This document shows positions 13,753 to 26,879 of a stretch of 64,000 bases of DNA, one piece after another. Numbering within the stretch: position 1 is the first letter of the stretch; each line of letters starts with the position of its first letter. Under the pieces are notes generated by a model. The model was not told where the DNA came from. It saw only the letters and a list, made by a program, of their open reading frames with translations, and did not search any database. Location of the stretch: the NCBI GenBank assembly GCA_951406725.2, contig OX597816.1, positions 68,076,001-68,140,000 on the forward strand. The letters run 5' to 3'. Source of the DNA: Octopus vulgaris (lineage: Eukaryota). Made by a program: the position numbers and the translations under genes.

Positions 13753-13876
13753 CTGCACACGGGATTCACTAAGGCCAATTCTGATTGCAAGTTCCTCTCG
13801 AGCAAATACATCTGGGTATGGTGCTCTTTGGAACGCTTTCTCCATTTGTTCCAGTTGAAAGGGCGTAAAAGTTGTT
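13753..13876 (-). CDS. repo: Homeobox exon of a PRD-class homeodomain gene, Repo (reversed polarity)-like
   Basis: The reverse strand reads ttcAG|A ACA ACT TTT...CGT GTG CAG|GTAAG, giving (R)[41 protein letters not shown]. Both splice sites are canonical, and the phase-0 intron after homeodomain residue 46 (Q|V) is the PRD-class hallmark. [21 protein letters not shown] matches the Repo family as I recall it. No VWFQNRR exon was found in 1-13750. Confidence 0.88.
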
Positions 13877-14460
13877 CTGAAATACAGAAGTGAATATATG
13901 AGTAATAAAGTAAATAAATATGATATTAAATATATATATATGTCAAATACAGAGTGGCAAACTGGCAGAATTGTTAGAACTCCGGGCGAAAAGTTTAGCA
14001 GTATTTCGTTCGTCTTTACGTTCTCAGTTCAAATTCCGCCGAGGTCGACTTTGCCTTTCATCCTTTCGGAGTCAATAAAGTAAGTACCGGCTGAACTTCC
14101 AAAATTGCTGGCCTTGTGCAAAACTTTAGAACCAAAATGTACGTCAAATATTGTCTACATATTTATCGAAGGGGAAAATTCAGGCCCAAATTAACCATTA
14201 TATAATATAAATAGGTGCATTGCGCACTAAGGAAAAAGGACTCCACAAAGGTTTTCAGTGATGAATTTATCATAACAAAAATGGTAGATTATGATAGTGT
14301 TAAAAAAAAAAAATGAATAAAAATGTGATTAAAGATTGTTGTGTGACTAAAGATTTAGGATGACTAGAAACTGATGTGACCAGAGATTCTTGTGTGACAA
14401 GATATGCAATATTATTAGCGTGACTATAGGTTGCAGTAAATCTTGTGTGATTAGATATTC

Positions 14461-14851
14461 TTTTCTGCTCTAGGCACAAGGCCCGAGATTTTGGGGGAGG
14501 AGAGCCAGTCGATTAGATCGACTCCAGTACGCAACTGGTACTTAATTTATCGACCCCGAAAGAACGAAAGGCAAAGTCGACCTCGTCGAACTCAGGAACT
14601 TAACGGCAGACGAAATACCTATTTCTTTACTACCCACAAGGGGCTAAACACAGAGAGGACGAACAAAGACAGACAAACGGATTAAGTCGATTATATCGAC
14701 CCCAGTGCGTAACTGGTACATATTTAATCGACCCCGAAAGGATGAAAGGCAAAGTCGACTTCGGCGGAATTTGAACTCAGAACGTAGCGGCAGACGAAAT
14801 ACCGCTAAGCATTTCGCCCGGCGTGCTAAAGATTCTGCCAGATCGCCGCCT
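14461..14851 (-). mobile_element. SINE family A, two-unit copy
   Basis: Reverse complement of the family A head and core, with two cores. Confidence 0.85.
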
Positions 14852-15220
14852 TAGTGGGATTAGATATTGTGTGACTATTGTGACAAGAGACTATGGGGTG
14901 ACGAGAGACAGTAGTGTGGCTAGAGATTATAGGGTAACAACGAGAGATTGTAATGCAAATAGGTACGGTGAGGGGCTAGAGATTGTCATGTCTCTAGGAA
15001 CCACTGTGTGACAAGAAATTGTTGTGTGACTAGAGAATGGTGTGTAACTTGGAGTTGTGACATAAGAGGTTGTATTGTGACTAGAAAGTTTAGTCTAACT
15101 AGAAGTTATGTGATAAGTTGTGTGAATAGAGAATGCAGTGTGTGTGTGACTAGAGAGTGTTATATGATTAGAAGCTGTAATGACACTAGAGTTTGTCTCA
15201 GGACTAAAGGTTTTAATCTA

Positions 15221-15867
15221 ACTGACAGATTTTAAAAATAATTTTTTGTAACTAAACACTTTCACACTTCGGACACTGGAAGAATGTGTCATATAAAACA
15301 TGTTTTACTCTTAGCATTTTTGAGAAAAAGTTATATTTACGAAGTTATTTCACGTTTAAGTTCTCGTATTTCGGTAAATTCAACCAATCAATGATGTGTA
15401 TTCCGCTGAATAAAATTACTGCCGTTGTTTGTCAACAACAACTATCGGCAGTGTATTTTTCGTTTGTCACTGTTATTTATGATATCATTCGTGCGTTTGT
15501 ACTGGTTTTAACGTTTTAGAGTTAGGGTTTTAGGGTTATGGTTAGGGTTTTAGGGTTAGGGTTTTAGAATTAGGGGTAGGCTTAATGTTTTAGGGTTAGG
15601 GTTGTCATAAATAACAGTGACAAACGAAATATACACCGCCGATAGTTGTTGTTGACAAAAAACAGCAGTAATTTTATTCAGCTGAATACACGTCATTGAT
15701 TGGTTGAAATTACCGAAATACGAGAACTTTAACGTGAAATAACTTCGTAAATATAAGTTTTTCTCAAAAATGCTAAGAGTAAAGCATGTTTTATATGACA
15801 CATTCTACCAGTGTCCGAAGTTTGGAAGTGTTTAGTTACAAAAAATTATTTTTTAAATCTGTCGGTC
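15221..15867. mobile_element. Foldback/MITE with ~260-bp inverted arms and a TTAGGG-like core
   Basis: Mirrored ORFs 15286+ and 15556- (MSYKTCFTLSIFEK...); centre 15513-15603 consists of ttaggg/ttttaggg repeats. Confidence 0.9.
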
Positions 15868-15996
15868 AAAAGGTAAAGATCCGAAGTTGGTGTGACAAGG
15901 GTTGTAGAGTAACCAGAAACTGTTGTGTGACTAGAGGTTTGGAGTGGTCAGAGATTGTAGAGTGATTAGAAGTTAGTGTAATATTGTTGTTCATAC

Positions 15997-16009
15997 CTCC
16001 GGACTCGTC
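15997..16009 (-). CDS. Putative 13-nt microexon supplying the homeodomain N-terminal arm (G-R-V-R-R)
   Basis: Minus strand: long T-rich tract, then ggAG|GACGAGTCCGGAG|GTATGA. Phase 1 in and phase 2 out bridge the 37150 donor and the homeobox exon exactly, giving ...LRGTGRVRRTTFTPF. The acceptor is the uncommon GAG. Confidence 0.4.
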
Positions 16010-16209
16010 CTCCACAAAATAAAATAAAATAAAAATAACAAGAAAAATAAAGAAATGAATTACTGAGAAAGATTTAAGTGACTAATATCCTCCCTGAAAG
16101 TTTAAAAATGCAAAGAAAACTCATTAAAAGAAAAATACGAAAGGAAAAAAACCCATTAAGAAAGGATATTCAGAATGAAAATATGTTCGTGTTATTTTAA
16201 TTAAAAACA

Positions 16210-16294
<85 letters not shown>

Positions 16295-16519
16295 CTATGT
16301 ATGTATGTATATGTGTGTGTATGTACGCGCGCAAATGCCACACACATACATCTATGTCTATATATAATCATTCACAAAGACATTTAAAATAAAAGCCTCA
16401 AAGTAAACGACAACAGCATGGTTCTTATAGATTCTTCGCAGAAAATATTTGCATCTTTCAAATAAGAGTTTAAATGTGACCGTTGATACTTTTCACTTGC
16501 AATATCGCCTTCATATTCC

Positions 16520-17076
16520 TTTTCTATTCAAGGCACAAGGCTCGAAATGTTTGGGGAGGGGTCAATCGATTCAGTACGCAACTGGTACTTAATCTATCGA
16601 TCCCGAAAGGATGAGAGGTAATGTCGACCTCGGCGGAATTTGAGCTCAGAACACAAAGACAGACGAAATACCTATTTCTTTACTACTAAACACAGAGGGG
16701 ACAAACAAGGACAGACAAACGGACTAAGTCGATTACATCGACCCCAGTGCGTAACTGGTACTTATTTAATCGACCCCGAAAGGATGAAAGGCAAAGTCGA
16801 CCTCGGCGGAATTTGAACTCACAACGTAATGACAGACGAAATACCTATTTCTTTATTACCCACAAGGGGCTAAACTTAGTGGGGACAAACAAGGACAGAC
16901 ATAGGTATTAAGTCGATTACATCGACCCCAGTGCGGAACTGGTACTTAATTTATCGACCCCGAAAGGATGAAAGGCAAAGTCAACCTCGGCGGAATTTGA
17001 ACTCACAACGTAACGCAGACGAAATACCGCTAAGCATTTCGCCCGGCGTGCTAACGTTTCTGCCAGCTCGCCGCCT
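16520..17076 (-). mobile_element. SINE family A, three-unit concatemer
   Basis: Three cores (cgaccccgaaaggatgaaaggcaaagtc) about 170-180 bp apart and a single head at the right end. Confidence 0.85.
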
Positions 17077-17914
17077 CAGTAAATTCATATTCCGGTTTAC
17101 AAATAAGACCGAATTTCTTATCATGAACTAGCAGAATCGTTTGATCGTCGGACAAAAAGCTTTGCGATATTTATTCCGATTCACAACGTTCTGAGTTCAA
17201 ATGTTACCGAGGACAACTTTACATTTTATTCTTTCTTTGTATAGCCACGCATTACATTGCAGTTTATTGTACAAATTCTGTCGAGATTGACTTCGCCTTT
17301 CATCCTTTCGTGGTTGATAAAATAAGTACCAGTTAAACACTGGGGTCGATGTGATAAAGTTATTCGACTATCTACACCCTGTGGGGATCTTTGTTACTTA
17401 TTACATTAAGTTTCAAATCATTTGTTGGATCTCTACGAAAATGGTGACGACTAACTTGGTAGAAATTAGTCAGTATAAAGATGAAAAGACGGTTACATTT
17501 TGTTTGCTGCGTGGAATGTAGAATATAAAATTCAGCCCCTATTGTTCTTGGTCTGAGAGTAGGAAAATAAGTGTAAAACCGAAGTCGAAGAGTTGGTCGT
17601 TGGTTCAGCGAAAGGGATTTGTGAGAGGGCGAGAAGCCAAGGAAACGAGAAGAAGTAGGAATTGGGTCAGGAAATTGGATTGGAAGGTAGATAGGTACAA
17701 TACCTCAAATAACTACATTCAGTGCTACTGCTGAGATGGCAGGTTAAAGTATTTTGGAGATGTACAGGTGTGCACTCAAAGGTTCACAAAAAGTCATGAA
17801 TATAGCTGTGATAAAAGAAGCATATGCGAACACAAATATACTCATGCACACCTACTTACCTACCTATATGCATACATACATGTATGCAAACATGCATACA
17901 GACATACCTAACTC

Positions 17915-17990
<76 letters not shown>

Positions 17991-18228
17991 TAGGAGTGCT
18001 GAGTTTCCCGGGATTTTGTTTACAGGGCTTAGTAAAAAATGAAGTACTGTTGCTATAAGCTAAAAGGGGAATACGTTGAATAAAATCATAACTGATCCTC
18101 CTGTATTTTCTTTTACCCCAAACCAGAAATTTTTTAGCCTTTTAGCACACCCCGTGTGTGTATGTATGTATGTATGTATGTATGTATGTATGTATGTATG
18201 TATGTATGTATGTATGTATGTATGTATG

Positions 18229-18298
<70 letters not shown>

Positions 18299-20062
18299 TA
18301 CTAGCTTAGAAACACATCTAATAGTAACTAGAGTTAACAACATTCACTTCTTCAGTTAGCTCACAGATTTTTAAGTAATAAATATTATTATATATTTTTC
18401 TAATTTGAAAACAATGTGCTTTGTTTATAACAAGCAGGCGAGAAACCGAAATGTAAGTTAAAACGATGTAGCATTTTAAATATTACTTGATATGATTCCA
18501 CCAATCCGTGCTGACAATTCCGTTGGTTCATTTTCGTATTGGAGTATTATTGAACTTCTGAACTACAATGCTTCAAACGAACTTCCGTATTTTTACAAAA
18601 TATCGGCGATAGAAATATAAAAGTAAAAAAAAAAATACCAATAACAACAAAACCAATAAGAATGGAATAAGGAAATAAACAAAAACTCCCCCTCCCATCC
18701 CAAGAAAAAAATAACTAAAAAGATAGGAGGAATTATATATAAAAATTTCCCCAGTGAATTTTGAACCTTTGTCCTCCAGGACATTGTGTCCTGCCATTTG
18801 AAGCAATTAACAAAAACACCACTGGCTCCAATGTCAAATCCTTAAAAATTTTCTCACACCGTCTTCCCTTTATTCTTTTGTCCTCCTCCCCTTCCTTTCT
18901 TCCTGACTTCTTTGTATTCTTTCTCTTACTTTCTATTTATTTATTTATTTATTCATTTATGTATTTATTTATTCTGGTATTCCTTTCGTGTTTCCATCAG
19001 CCTCCACCCCAACCACCAACGACAACAACAACAAAAGCAAAAACAAATGTTATCAACAACGACACTGCATAAATTACCGGAAGACGTTATGTGGCCGTTC
19101 AAGTTGCAAGAAAACAGCAGTTAAATCTACGTTAACTCACATCGTAACAATTTAAAAACAGAAAGACACATTGAATGAGGTGGTTCTGGGGATACTCTTC
19201 TTTAAAACGAGATAGTATGGCCACGGCTGGAAAATCTTTGAGCATATATTAGAAACATCTACACACGTACTAACATACATATACATGCACTTATGCAATT
19301 TTCGAAATTGGTAATCGAGAATCAATATTCTGTTGCAAATTAGGGTTAAAAGAAAGGTGTAGAAAGAACTTTGTGCTTAAATATTTTTTCAAGTTCCGCA
19401 ACGCAATTGAAAATTCTAAAAATCACTATTTTTGGTCAATTTTTGGATTTCATGGATTATAAGTAGTAACAAATATATATTTCTACATAGCAGAATGCAG
19501 AACAGTAAATATATTCTTAAAAGTTACATACCAAGTTTCAATACAATTGACTAATATCTTGAGGTTATATATTTTATGAATAAACGAACAAGGATAAATA
19601 GATGGACAGATAAATAAATTGATGAAAAAGTTCAAAATTTAAAATTGGGAGAGAGGGTGAAATTTGAGCCCCTTATTATATATCATTAATTATTAAACTT
19701 TATAACATTATTTATTAAACATTAATGTTTATTTCTCATAAAATGGTGTATATTTAATTTACATAAAATTCTTATTTACACAAATAAAATGTAAATTCTT
19801 TTCACTTTAATGTTTTTGTCTATATTTAATTTCGATTTGCATATGTTCGTCAATTCGCTACGATCTCTTTAAAGTGAACAAACTAAAAAAATTCAAATTG
19901 GGGTGTGGGGAAGGGGGGTGGGTTTGAAAAAAGAATTATCATTTTATTTTGCATATTCGTAATCTCCGACTTCTAAAACGTAGGAAACAGAAAAAAATTT
20001 TTTCCAAAAACTGTATTTTTCAAGGAAAGGTGCAAAACTGCATTAGCCCCGAAAAAGGAAAG

Positions 20063-20594
20063 AATTAAACAAATTGTCAAGATTGTAGCAGAAAAGATAA
20101 TTCTTTTTTGGCAAACCGCATCCGTCCCTAGTCAGTTAAACCGAAAATCTTTAACTTTTATCTAAAGTACCAAGTGTTACTAAAATCTGTAAAAAATAAA
20201 AAAAAAAAAATGTGCCATCATTTCAAACAAAGTGTAATATGTTGAAGAACAATGTAATATAAGATTTATTTGACATTTTCTGTTGCGAGTGCAACTCCTT
20301 TCAAAACTGCAATTGTCGTAGAGACAATAAAGTACCACAGGGAGAACACGATTTTTTACAGGATCAGCGGACAAATCGAAAAATGATCATTGGCGAAATA
20401 AATCAAGCAGTATCTAAACAGAACGTTAAGAGGTTGATTAGAAAGAATCGGCCAGATCCAACAGCCCTTCTCCGTCAGCAAAATGAAAGTTTATGATGTT
20501 TGGTTTAGCTGACTCAATCGTAATACAAAGGATGGATGCCTTTTGCCAAAGAAAAATTAACTTTTCTGCTGCAATCTCGACAATTTGTTTAATT
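20063..20594. mobile_element. Old MITE-like element with ~62-bp imperfect TIRs
   Basis: aattaaacaaattgtc.agattg.agcagaaaag...ggcaaa..gcatcc versus its reverse complement at 20534-20594. Confidence 0.65.
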
Positions 20595-22407
20595 TATTTT
20601 AATGTGTGTGTAATCTAGACCTCATGTAACACATATTCGGTGACCTAGTATTAAAAATAATGAAGAAAACAAAGTCGAAAAGTCTATTTATTTCACTTAA
20701 TTTCGAAATTTTAAGTTGCGGAGTCAGAAGATATAAATTTTAGAACTTGAGATTTTAACACTCATGTTTTTAAAAAAATTTGCGAAAGAAAATTGATTCG
20801 TAACAATTAACGTAAAAATAAAATGAAGAACGGAAAACGTGTTATAAATTGATTATTCGCTCATTATTCAAAATTTGAAGTGGGCTGCGAAGCCTAAAGA
20901 CGTAAATTTAAGAACTTTAGATTTTAAAACAGTTGTTTTTAAAGGATTTCACAATAAAAAATATGTTCTTAAAACCCTATTTCGAAAATGTGTAAAAAGT
21001 GCCTTTTTCGTTCCACCCTAATATACATTCATAGACATAATATGCACACACGCGCACAAATAAACATAGATACACACTACATACATATATACCTACATAC
21101 ATGCATGCATACATACATACATACATACATACATACATACATACATAATACATACATACATACATACATATAGACACACACATGCACAGGCACATATACA
21201 TATATACATCATACGCACAATTTCATACGCGGAACACTGTGCATATACAAAAACACGAACATGTACGCTTATACAAATACACGCGTATACATAATAGACA
21301 CATACATGCACAATTACACACATACACGTATACATGTATACACAACATGCAACACTTTCGACAAACATACAAATTCGCAAATGCACATGCACACACATAC
21401 ATATTCACAAAAATATAGGAACGCATATACACACATACGCAAACATGCATACATACACATACAAACACATATCTACACAAACACACAGACTCATATAGAC
21501 ACACACACATACATACACATAGAGATATATACGCGTGTACACACCATGATCCATTTTCAAACACAAATATGCAGACATTCACGTGCATAAACACGCATAT
21601 AAACACTCATTCACACACACACATACACACACACAAGTATACATATACATACACATAAGCATACGTATACACACATAAAAGCACACATATTTATACAAGC
21701 ACACACGCAATTAGTTGTTGTTGTTGCTTTTTAACCCTAGGCTCAATGCTCACTGAAGGCTGACTGAAGGCTGTCCAGACACTCTACTTCCTCTTAACAT
21801 ATGAAGGAATACATTGTTCTATTTAAGTTCAGTGTGGCCGAATGGTTTAGTCGATCGCTTCACAACGGAAAGGCTACGGGTTCGATCCCATTGCATAGCA
21901 TCTTGGGCATATGCCATTTTATATGATCGGGTCGGCCTATTCATTGTAAATGAAACTGGGTAGATGGAAATTGCCTAGTAACATTCTAGTTGGATTGTAA
22001 CTATAACTTATCCTTGTCACACGGTGAATATACGTTAAGGTTACACATATCTATGGAATACTCAGCCACTTAGAGGTGTTAATTCAAGTGCAGGTTATTC
22101 AATAAATCGAACAACAGAAACCTCATCGTCAAAAGGCGGAGATTCACCATTACATTACTTAATGCTTTCTTTTACATTTTTACAGTTTTAAGTCAGTGGT
22201 TGAGCAGCCACGTATATCAATCATGGGCAAATTGCGGCCGGTGGGACTTTCTGAATGGAAACCTAAAGAAAAATTACTCTGAATTGATTTTTTTTAAAGT
22301 ACGGCTTGCCTGACGATGAGCCATGTTTCATGCGGCCCACTTTTAGAAAAAAGGATGTTCATGCCTGATGTATTTGCTCCTCTGTCAGACATTTGGTTCG
22401 TCTGGTA

Positions 22408-22478
<71 letters not shown>

Positions 22479-22536
22479 AATAATAATGATGATGATGATG
22501 ATGATGATGATGATAATAATAATAATAATAATAATA

Positions 22537-22612
<76 letters not shown>
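22408..22612. repeat. Compound (AAT)n/(GAT)n microsatellite
   Basis: Alternating AAT and GAT blocks; a similar tract lies at 47979-48158. Confidence 0.97.
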
Positions 22613-23337
22613 GGAGAATGTAAAGAGGAAAAGAAAGCGGAAATAAATACATAATAACGAAACCGGAAGTACTTACAGGACAGATATTTTGCTCGTATTA
22701 TTAGCTGTTATACGTCTTGTACATCCAGTAATTATCAAATAAACATCGTAGTTGAAGAAAACTTTCTTATGGCTAATCCTCTTTCCCTTCCTCTCTAAGG
22801 TCCCACCTCCCCCTACACGTCCTATACAGTCACATAACCAGACATTGCCCACATCCATCATTACCACCACATCCACCATCATCCCCACACCGAGACAAGG
22901 AAAATGTCACTATGTTCTACAACTTTAGCCTCTGACAAAATTGTCTTATTTATTCATTCATTAACTAAATTCTTAAATATCATTTCACTGATGGTCACAT
23001 TGAGATGATGATTTGCAGTAGATGTTCGTCTAATTGCAATTAAACATTATAATTAAAACAAACCTGACGACATTGTGACTCCTGTGGTTCGTTGTTCTGG
23101 TCATTTTTTTGCTTTCTCGTTCTCATTCTTCGACTTATTTTAATGTAATTCTTCTGCTAGGAATTTCATGGGAAATATGTCCATAAAATCTACCCACACA
23201 AGCATATGAAGACACTGTGTGTCTGTCCATCTGTCTGTCTGTCTGTCTCCACCCCCAGTGTCTCTTCTCCCCTTACACAAACACGCACATATGTATTTGT
23301 GTGTATGCATGTATGTCTTTATATATGTATATATATG

Positions 23338-23388
<51 letters not shown>

Positions 23389-23516
23389 GTATATGTATGT
23401 ATATATATATGTGTATATATATGTATATATATATGTATATATATATAAATATATATATACATACATATATATATATATATATACATACATACATAGATAT
23501 ATATGTATACATACAT

Positions 23517-23599
<83 letters not shown>

Positions 23600-23901
23600 T
23601 ATACATATACATACATTCATACATACATACATACATACATACATACATACATACATACATACATACATACATACATACATACATACATACATACATACAT
23701 ACGTACATACATACATACATATATACATATCACAATCTTTTGATTTAAATTACATTCGCCGAAATGTCGACACTTTCATCAATTTCCGGCAAATGACTTT
23801 TGAATAATTAATAATGAATAATTACCAGATAGTTGTATATGAAAGCAATATTAATAATATATGATTGCTTTATATAATAGTAAAAATAATTATAATAACG
23901 A

Positions 23902-23944
<43 letters not shown>

Positions 23945-24004
23945 TAATAATAATTAAAAAAAAAATCTAAATATGAATATTATAAGTAAATAAATAATAA
24001 TGTT

Positions 24005-24250
24005 GGAAAAATAGACCGGATATTGTCAAAAAAGTCAAAGAAAGGAAGTATATTCATTCTGATCGAGCAAAGTATCGTCTGCTGGGGCAGACGATACTTT
24101 GTCTTAAAAAAACCCCACTAAAAATAAAGATCTTGAAATAGAGGTAACCAGTTTGTGGAAATTGAAAACAGAAGCAATATATATATCCATTCCACTGTGC
24201 ATGTTGTAAGCATCGTAGGAACTCGCATAACATTTTGAAAACATGAGGGT
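24005..24250 (+). mobile_element. Degenerate RLE-type LINE 3' end following (AAT)n
   Basis: NRPDIV ... DLEIEVTSLWKLKTE remnants. Confidence 0.5.
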
Positions 24251-24671
24251 AATGTTAATGATTTAATTTATTTGTTACAAGGGTGCAAAACATTGGGGCC
24301 AGTAAAAATTCGCCCTACTTCACAAAAAAGAGAAGAAAGAAATCTTCTCCCTCATAAAAAAAATCGTGTAAAGGGTGACAATAATAAGCCTTTCTGTTTT
24401 AGGTACAAGACCTGAAATTATGAAGAAAGGGGCCAGACGAAATACCACTAAACATTTTTTCCGGCATGCTAAAGATTCTGCCAGCAACCGCCCTATATGA
24501 TAGTCTTTCTGAAGGCACAAGACCAACAAGTTTGGGTTGGGAAGTCGCTTACACCGATCCCAGTACTCAAATGGTTATTATTTTATCTACCCTGAAAGGA
24601 TTAAAGGCAACGTTAACCCCTGCAGTATTTGTACCTGTATTGTAAAGAATCTTGTACGTATATTGTAAAAA

Positions 24672-24832
24672 GGCGTAGGAGTGGCCGTGTGGTAAGTAGC
24701 TTGCTTACCAGCCACATGGTTCCGGGTTCAATCCCACTGCGTGGCACCTTGGGCAAATGTCTTCTACTATAGCCTCGGGCTGACCAAAGCCTTGTGTGTA
24801 GATTTGGTAGAAAGAAGCACGTCGTATATATG

Positions 24833-24867
<35 letters not shown>

Positions 24868-25092
24868 TTGTGTGTCTGTATTTGTCCCCTTCCCCCAACA
24901 TCACTTGGCAACTGATGCTGGTGTTTACGTCCCCGTAACTTAGCGGTTCGGCAAAAGAGACCGATAGAATAAGTACTAGGCTTACAAAGAATAAGTCCTG
25001 GGGTCGATTTGCTCGACTAAAAAAAAAAAAAAAAAGCGGTGCTCCAGCATGGCCACAGTCAAATGACTGAAACAAGTAAAAGAGTAAAAGAG
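24672..25092 (+). mobile_element. SINE family B
   Basis: Near full-length family B copy. Confidence 0.88.
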
Positions 25093-25377
25093 TCGGAAGA
25101 TATGTCGCTAAGCACTCTGCCTCAAACACAAACGATTTTACAAGCTCGCCGCCATGGTACCAACAATGACGATAATTCTTCCTATTTTTGACACTTCGCC
25201 AGTAATTTTTTTAGTGGGTGGGTAAGTTGACGACAACGCATGCAAAACTTGACTGGCACTTATTTTATCGGCCCTGAAAGGTCTGAAAGACAAAGTTGAT
25301 CCTGGCGCGATTTGAACTCAGAATGTAAAGAGCCGGAAGAAATATGCTATACCTTTTGTCCGACACGCTAACAATTC

Positions 25378-25975
25378 CTATTTCGTTATTGCCCTCAAGG
25401 AGCTAAACATGGAGAGGACAAACAAGGACAGACAAACGGATTAAGTCGATTACCTCGACCCCAGTGCGTAATTGGTACTTAATTTATCGACCCCGAATGA
25501 TTGAAAGGCAAAGTCGACCTCGGCGGAATTTGAGCTCAGAACGTAGCGGCATACGAAATACCTATTTCTTTACTACAAGGGGCTAAATACAGAAGGGACA
25601 AGCAAGGCCAGACAAACGGATTAAGTCGATTATATCGACCCCAGTGCTTAACTGGTACTTATTTAATCGACCCTGAAAAGATGAAAGGCAAAGTCGACCT
25701 CGGCGGAATTTGAACTCACAACGTAGCGGCAGACGAAATACCTATTTCTTTACTACCCACAAGGGGCTAAACACAGAGGGGACAAACAAGGACAGACAAA
25801 CGGATTAAGTCGATTACATCGACCCCAGTGCGTAATTGGTAGATATTTAATCGACCCCGAAAGGATGAAAGGCAAAGTTGACCTCGGTGGAATTTGAACT
25901 CAGAACGTAGCGACAGACGAAATACCGCTAAGCATTTCGCCCGGCGTGCTAACGATTCTGGCAGATCATTGCCTT
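25378..25975 (-). mobile_element. SINE family A, three-unit concatemer next to an older degenerate copy
   Basis: Units start ctatttc at 25378, 25562 and 25742 (period ~180); head at 25921-25975. Confidence 0.88.
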
Positions 25976-26382
25976 TGCGATATCAATAATAATTCCTTCT
26001 ACTAGGGCGTGAGCTGCTAGACTCGTTAGCACGCCGGGCAATAATGCTTAGCAACATTTCGTTCGTCTTCACGTTCTGAGTTCAATTTCTGCCGAGTTCG
26101 ACTTTGCCTTTTATTTTTTCTGAGTCGATGAAATAAGTACTAGTTGGACACTGGTGTCAGTGTAATTGATTTAACCTTTTCCCAAAGTTGCTGGCCTTGT
26201 GCCAAAGTTTGAAGCCAATAATAATTCTTTCTACTATAATTTGTTTTTTACTAAAGGACTAATAAATAAACTATTTAACAATCGCACAATTCCTAGTCCT
26301 TTTCTTTACCCATTAAGTAGTGATAGAAATTTCTGAAAGTCTACTGACCGATTCTTACACCCGTCTCATGACTGTATTGAGA

Positions 26383-26712
26383 CCCCCTTCGGTCATGACT
26401 GACCGTGGGATTGCACCTAGAAAGTTACCCCACCAGGCATAAGTCTGGGCAAGGTTGTTTATGGGAGACCAGCAGTCGCCCATGCATACCAGCCTCCCCT
26501 CTCCATGCCACCAGTGTTATCTAAGGGAAAGGCAAAGGGGGCGATACAGCTTGGCACCTGTGACGTCGCAACTCATTTCTACAGCTGAGTGAACTGGAAC
26601 AACGTGAAATAAAGTGTCTTGCTCAAGAATACAACACTCAGCCTGGTCTGGGATTCGAACTCACAATCTCACGATCGTAAGCTCGACACTCTAACCACTG
26701 AGCCATGCACCT
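26383..26712 (-). mobile_element. tRNA-derived SINE family D
   Basis: Minus strand: ggtgcatggctcagtggttagagtg...gagttcgaatccc...cttgagcaagacacttt. Related copies at 6690-6890(+) and 59250-59555(+). Confidence 0.8.
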
Positions 26713-26879
26713 TTACTCATGACTGTAATAGTTTATAAACTAATCCTTCCGTTAAAAAAAAAAAATTAATTGGCAATCGATAATAGGAAAGTACTGATTG
26801 GAACTTCATATCTGCCGCATTCCAAACGATCAATCAAACATTAATGTGATTGTGTGTTTTTTCAAGTAAAAATTATATT

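Larger units (their letters stand above)
14320..15980. repeat. Degenerate ~18-21-bp minisatellite (tgtgtgactagaga-like) interrupted by a SINE and a foldback element
   Basis: Recurrent gtgtgactag/gtgacaaga units at 14320-14455, 14860-15200 and 15885-15980. Confidence 0.7.

Noticed and set aside
22673-22888. Minus-strand ORF ending at GTAAGT as an intermediate exon
   Set aside because: Weak donor context, no clear acceptor and no recognisable peptide.
24068-24101. Perfect 15-bp hairpin caaagtatcgtctgc/gcagacgatactttg as a miRNA or terminator
   Set aside because: Too short for a pre-miRNA and inside a decayed LINE; probably a local template-switch duplication.
25378-25975. Regular ~180-bp repeats as a CRISPR array or hammerhead retrozyme
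   Set aside because: There are no unique spacers and the context is eukaryotic; I found no CUGANGA/GAAA core in the unit on either strand.
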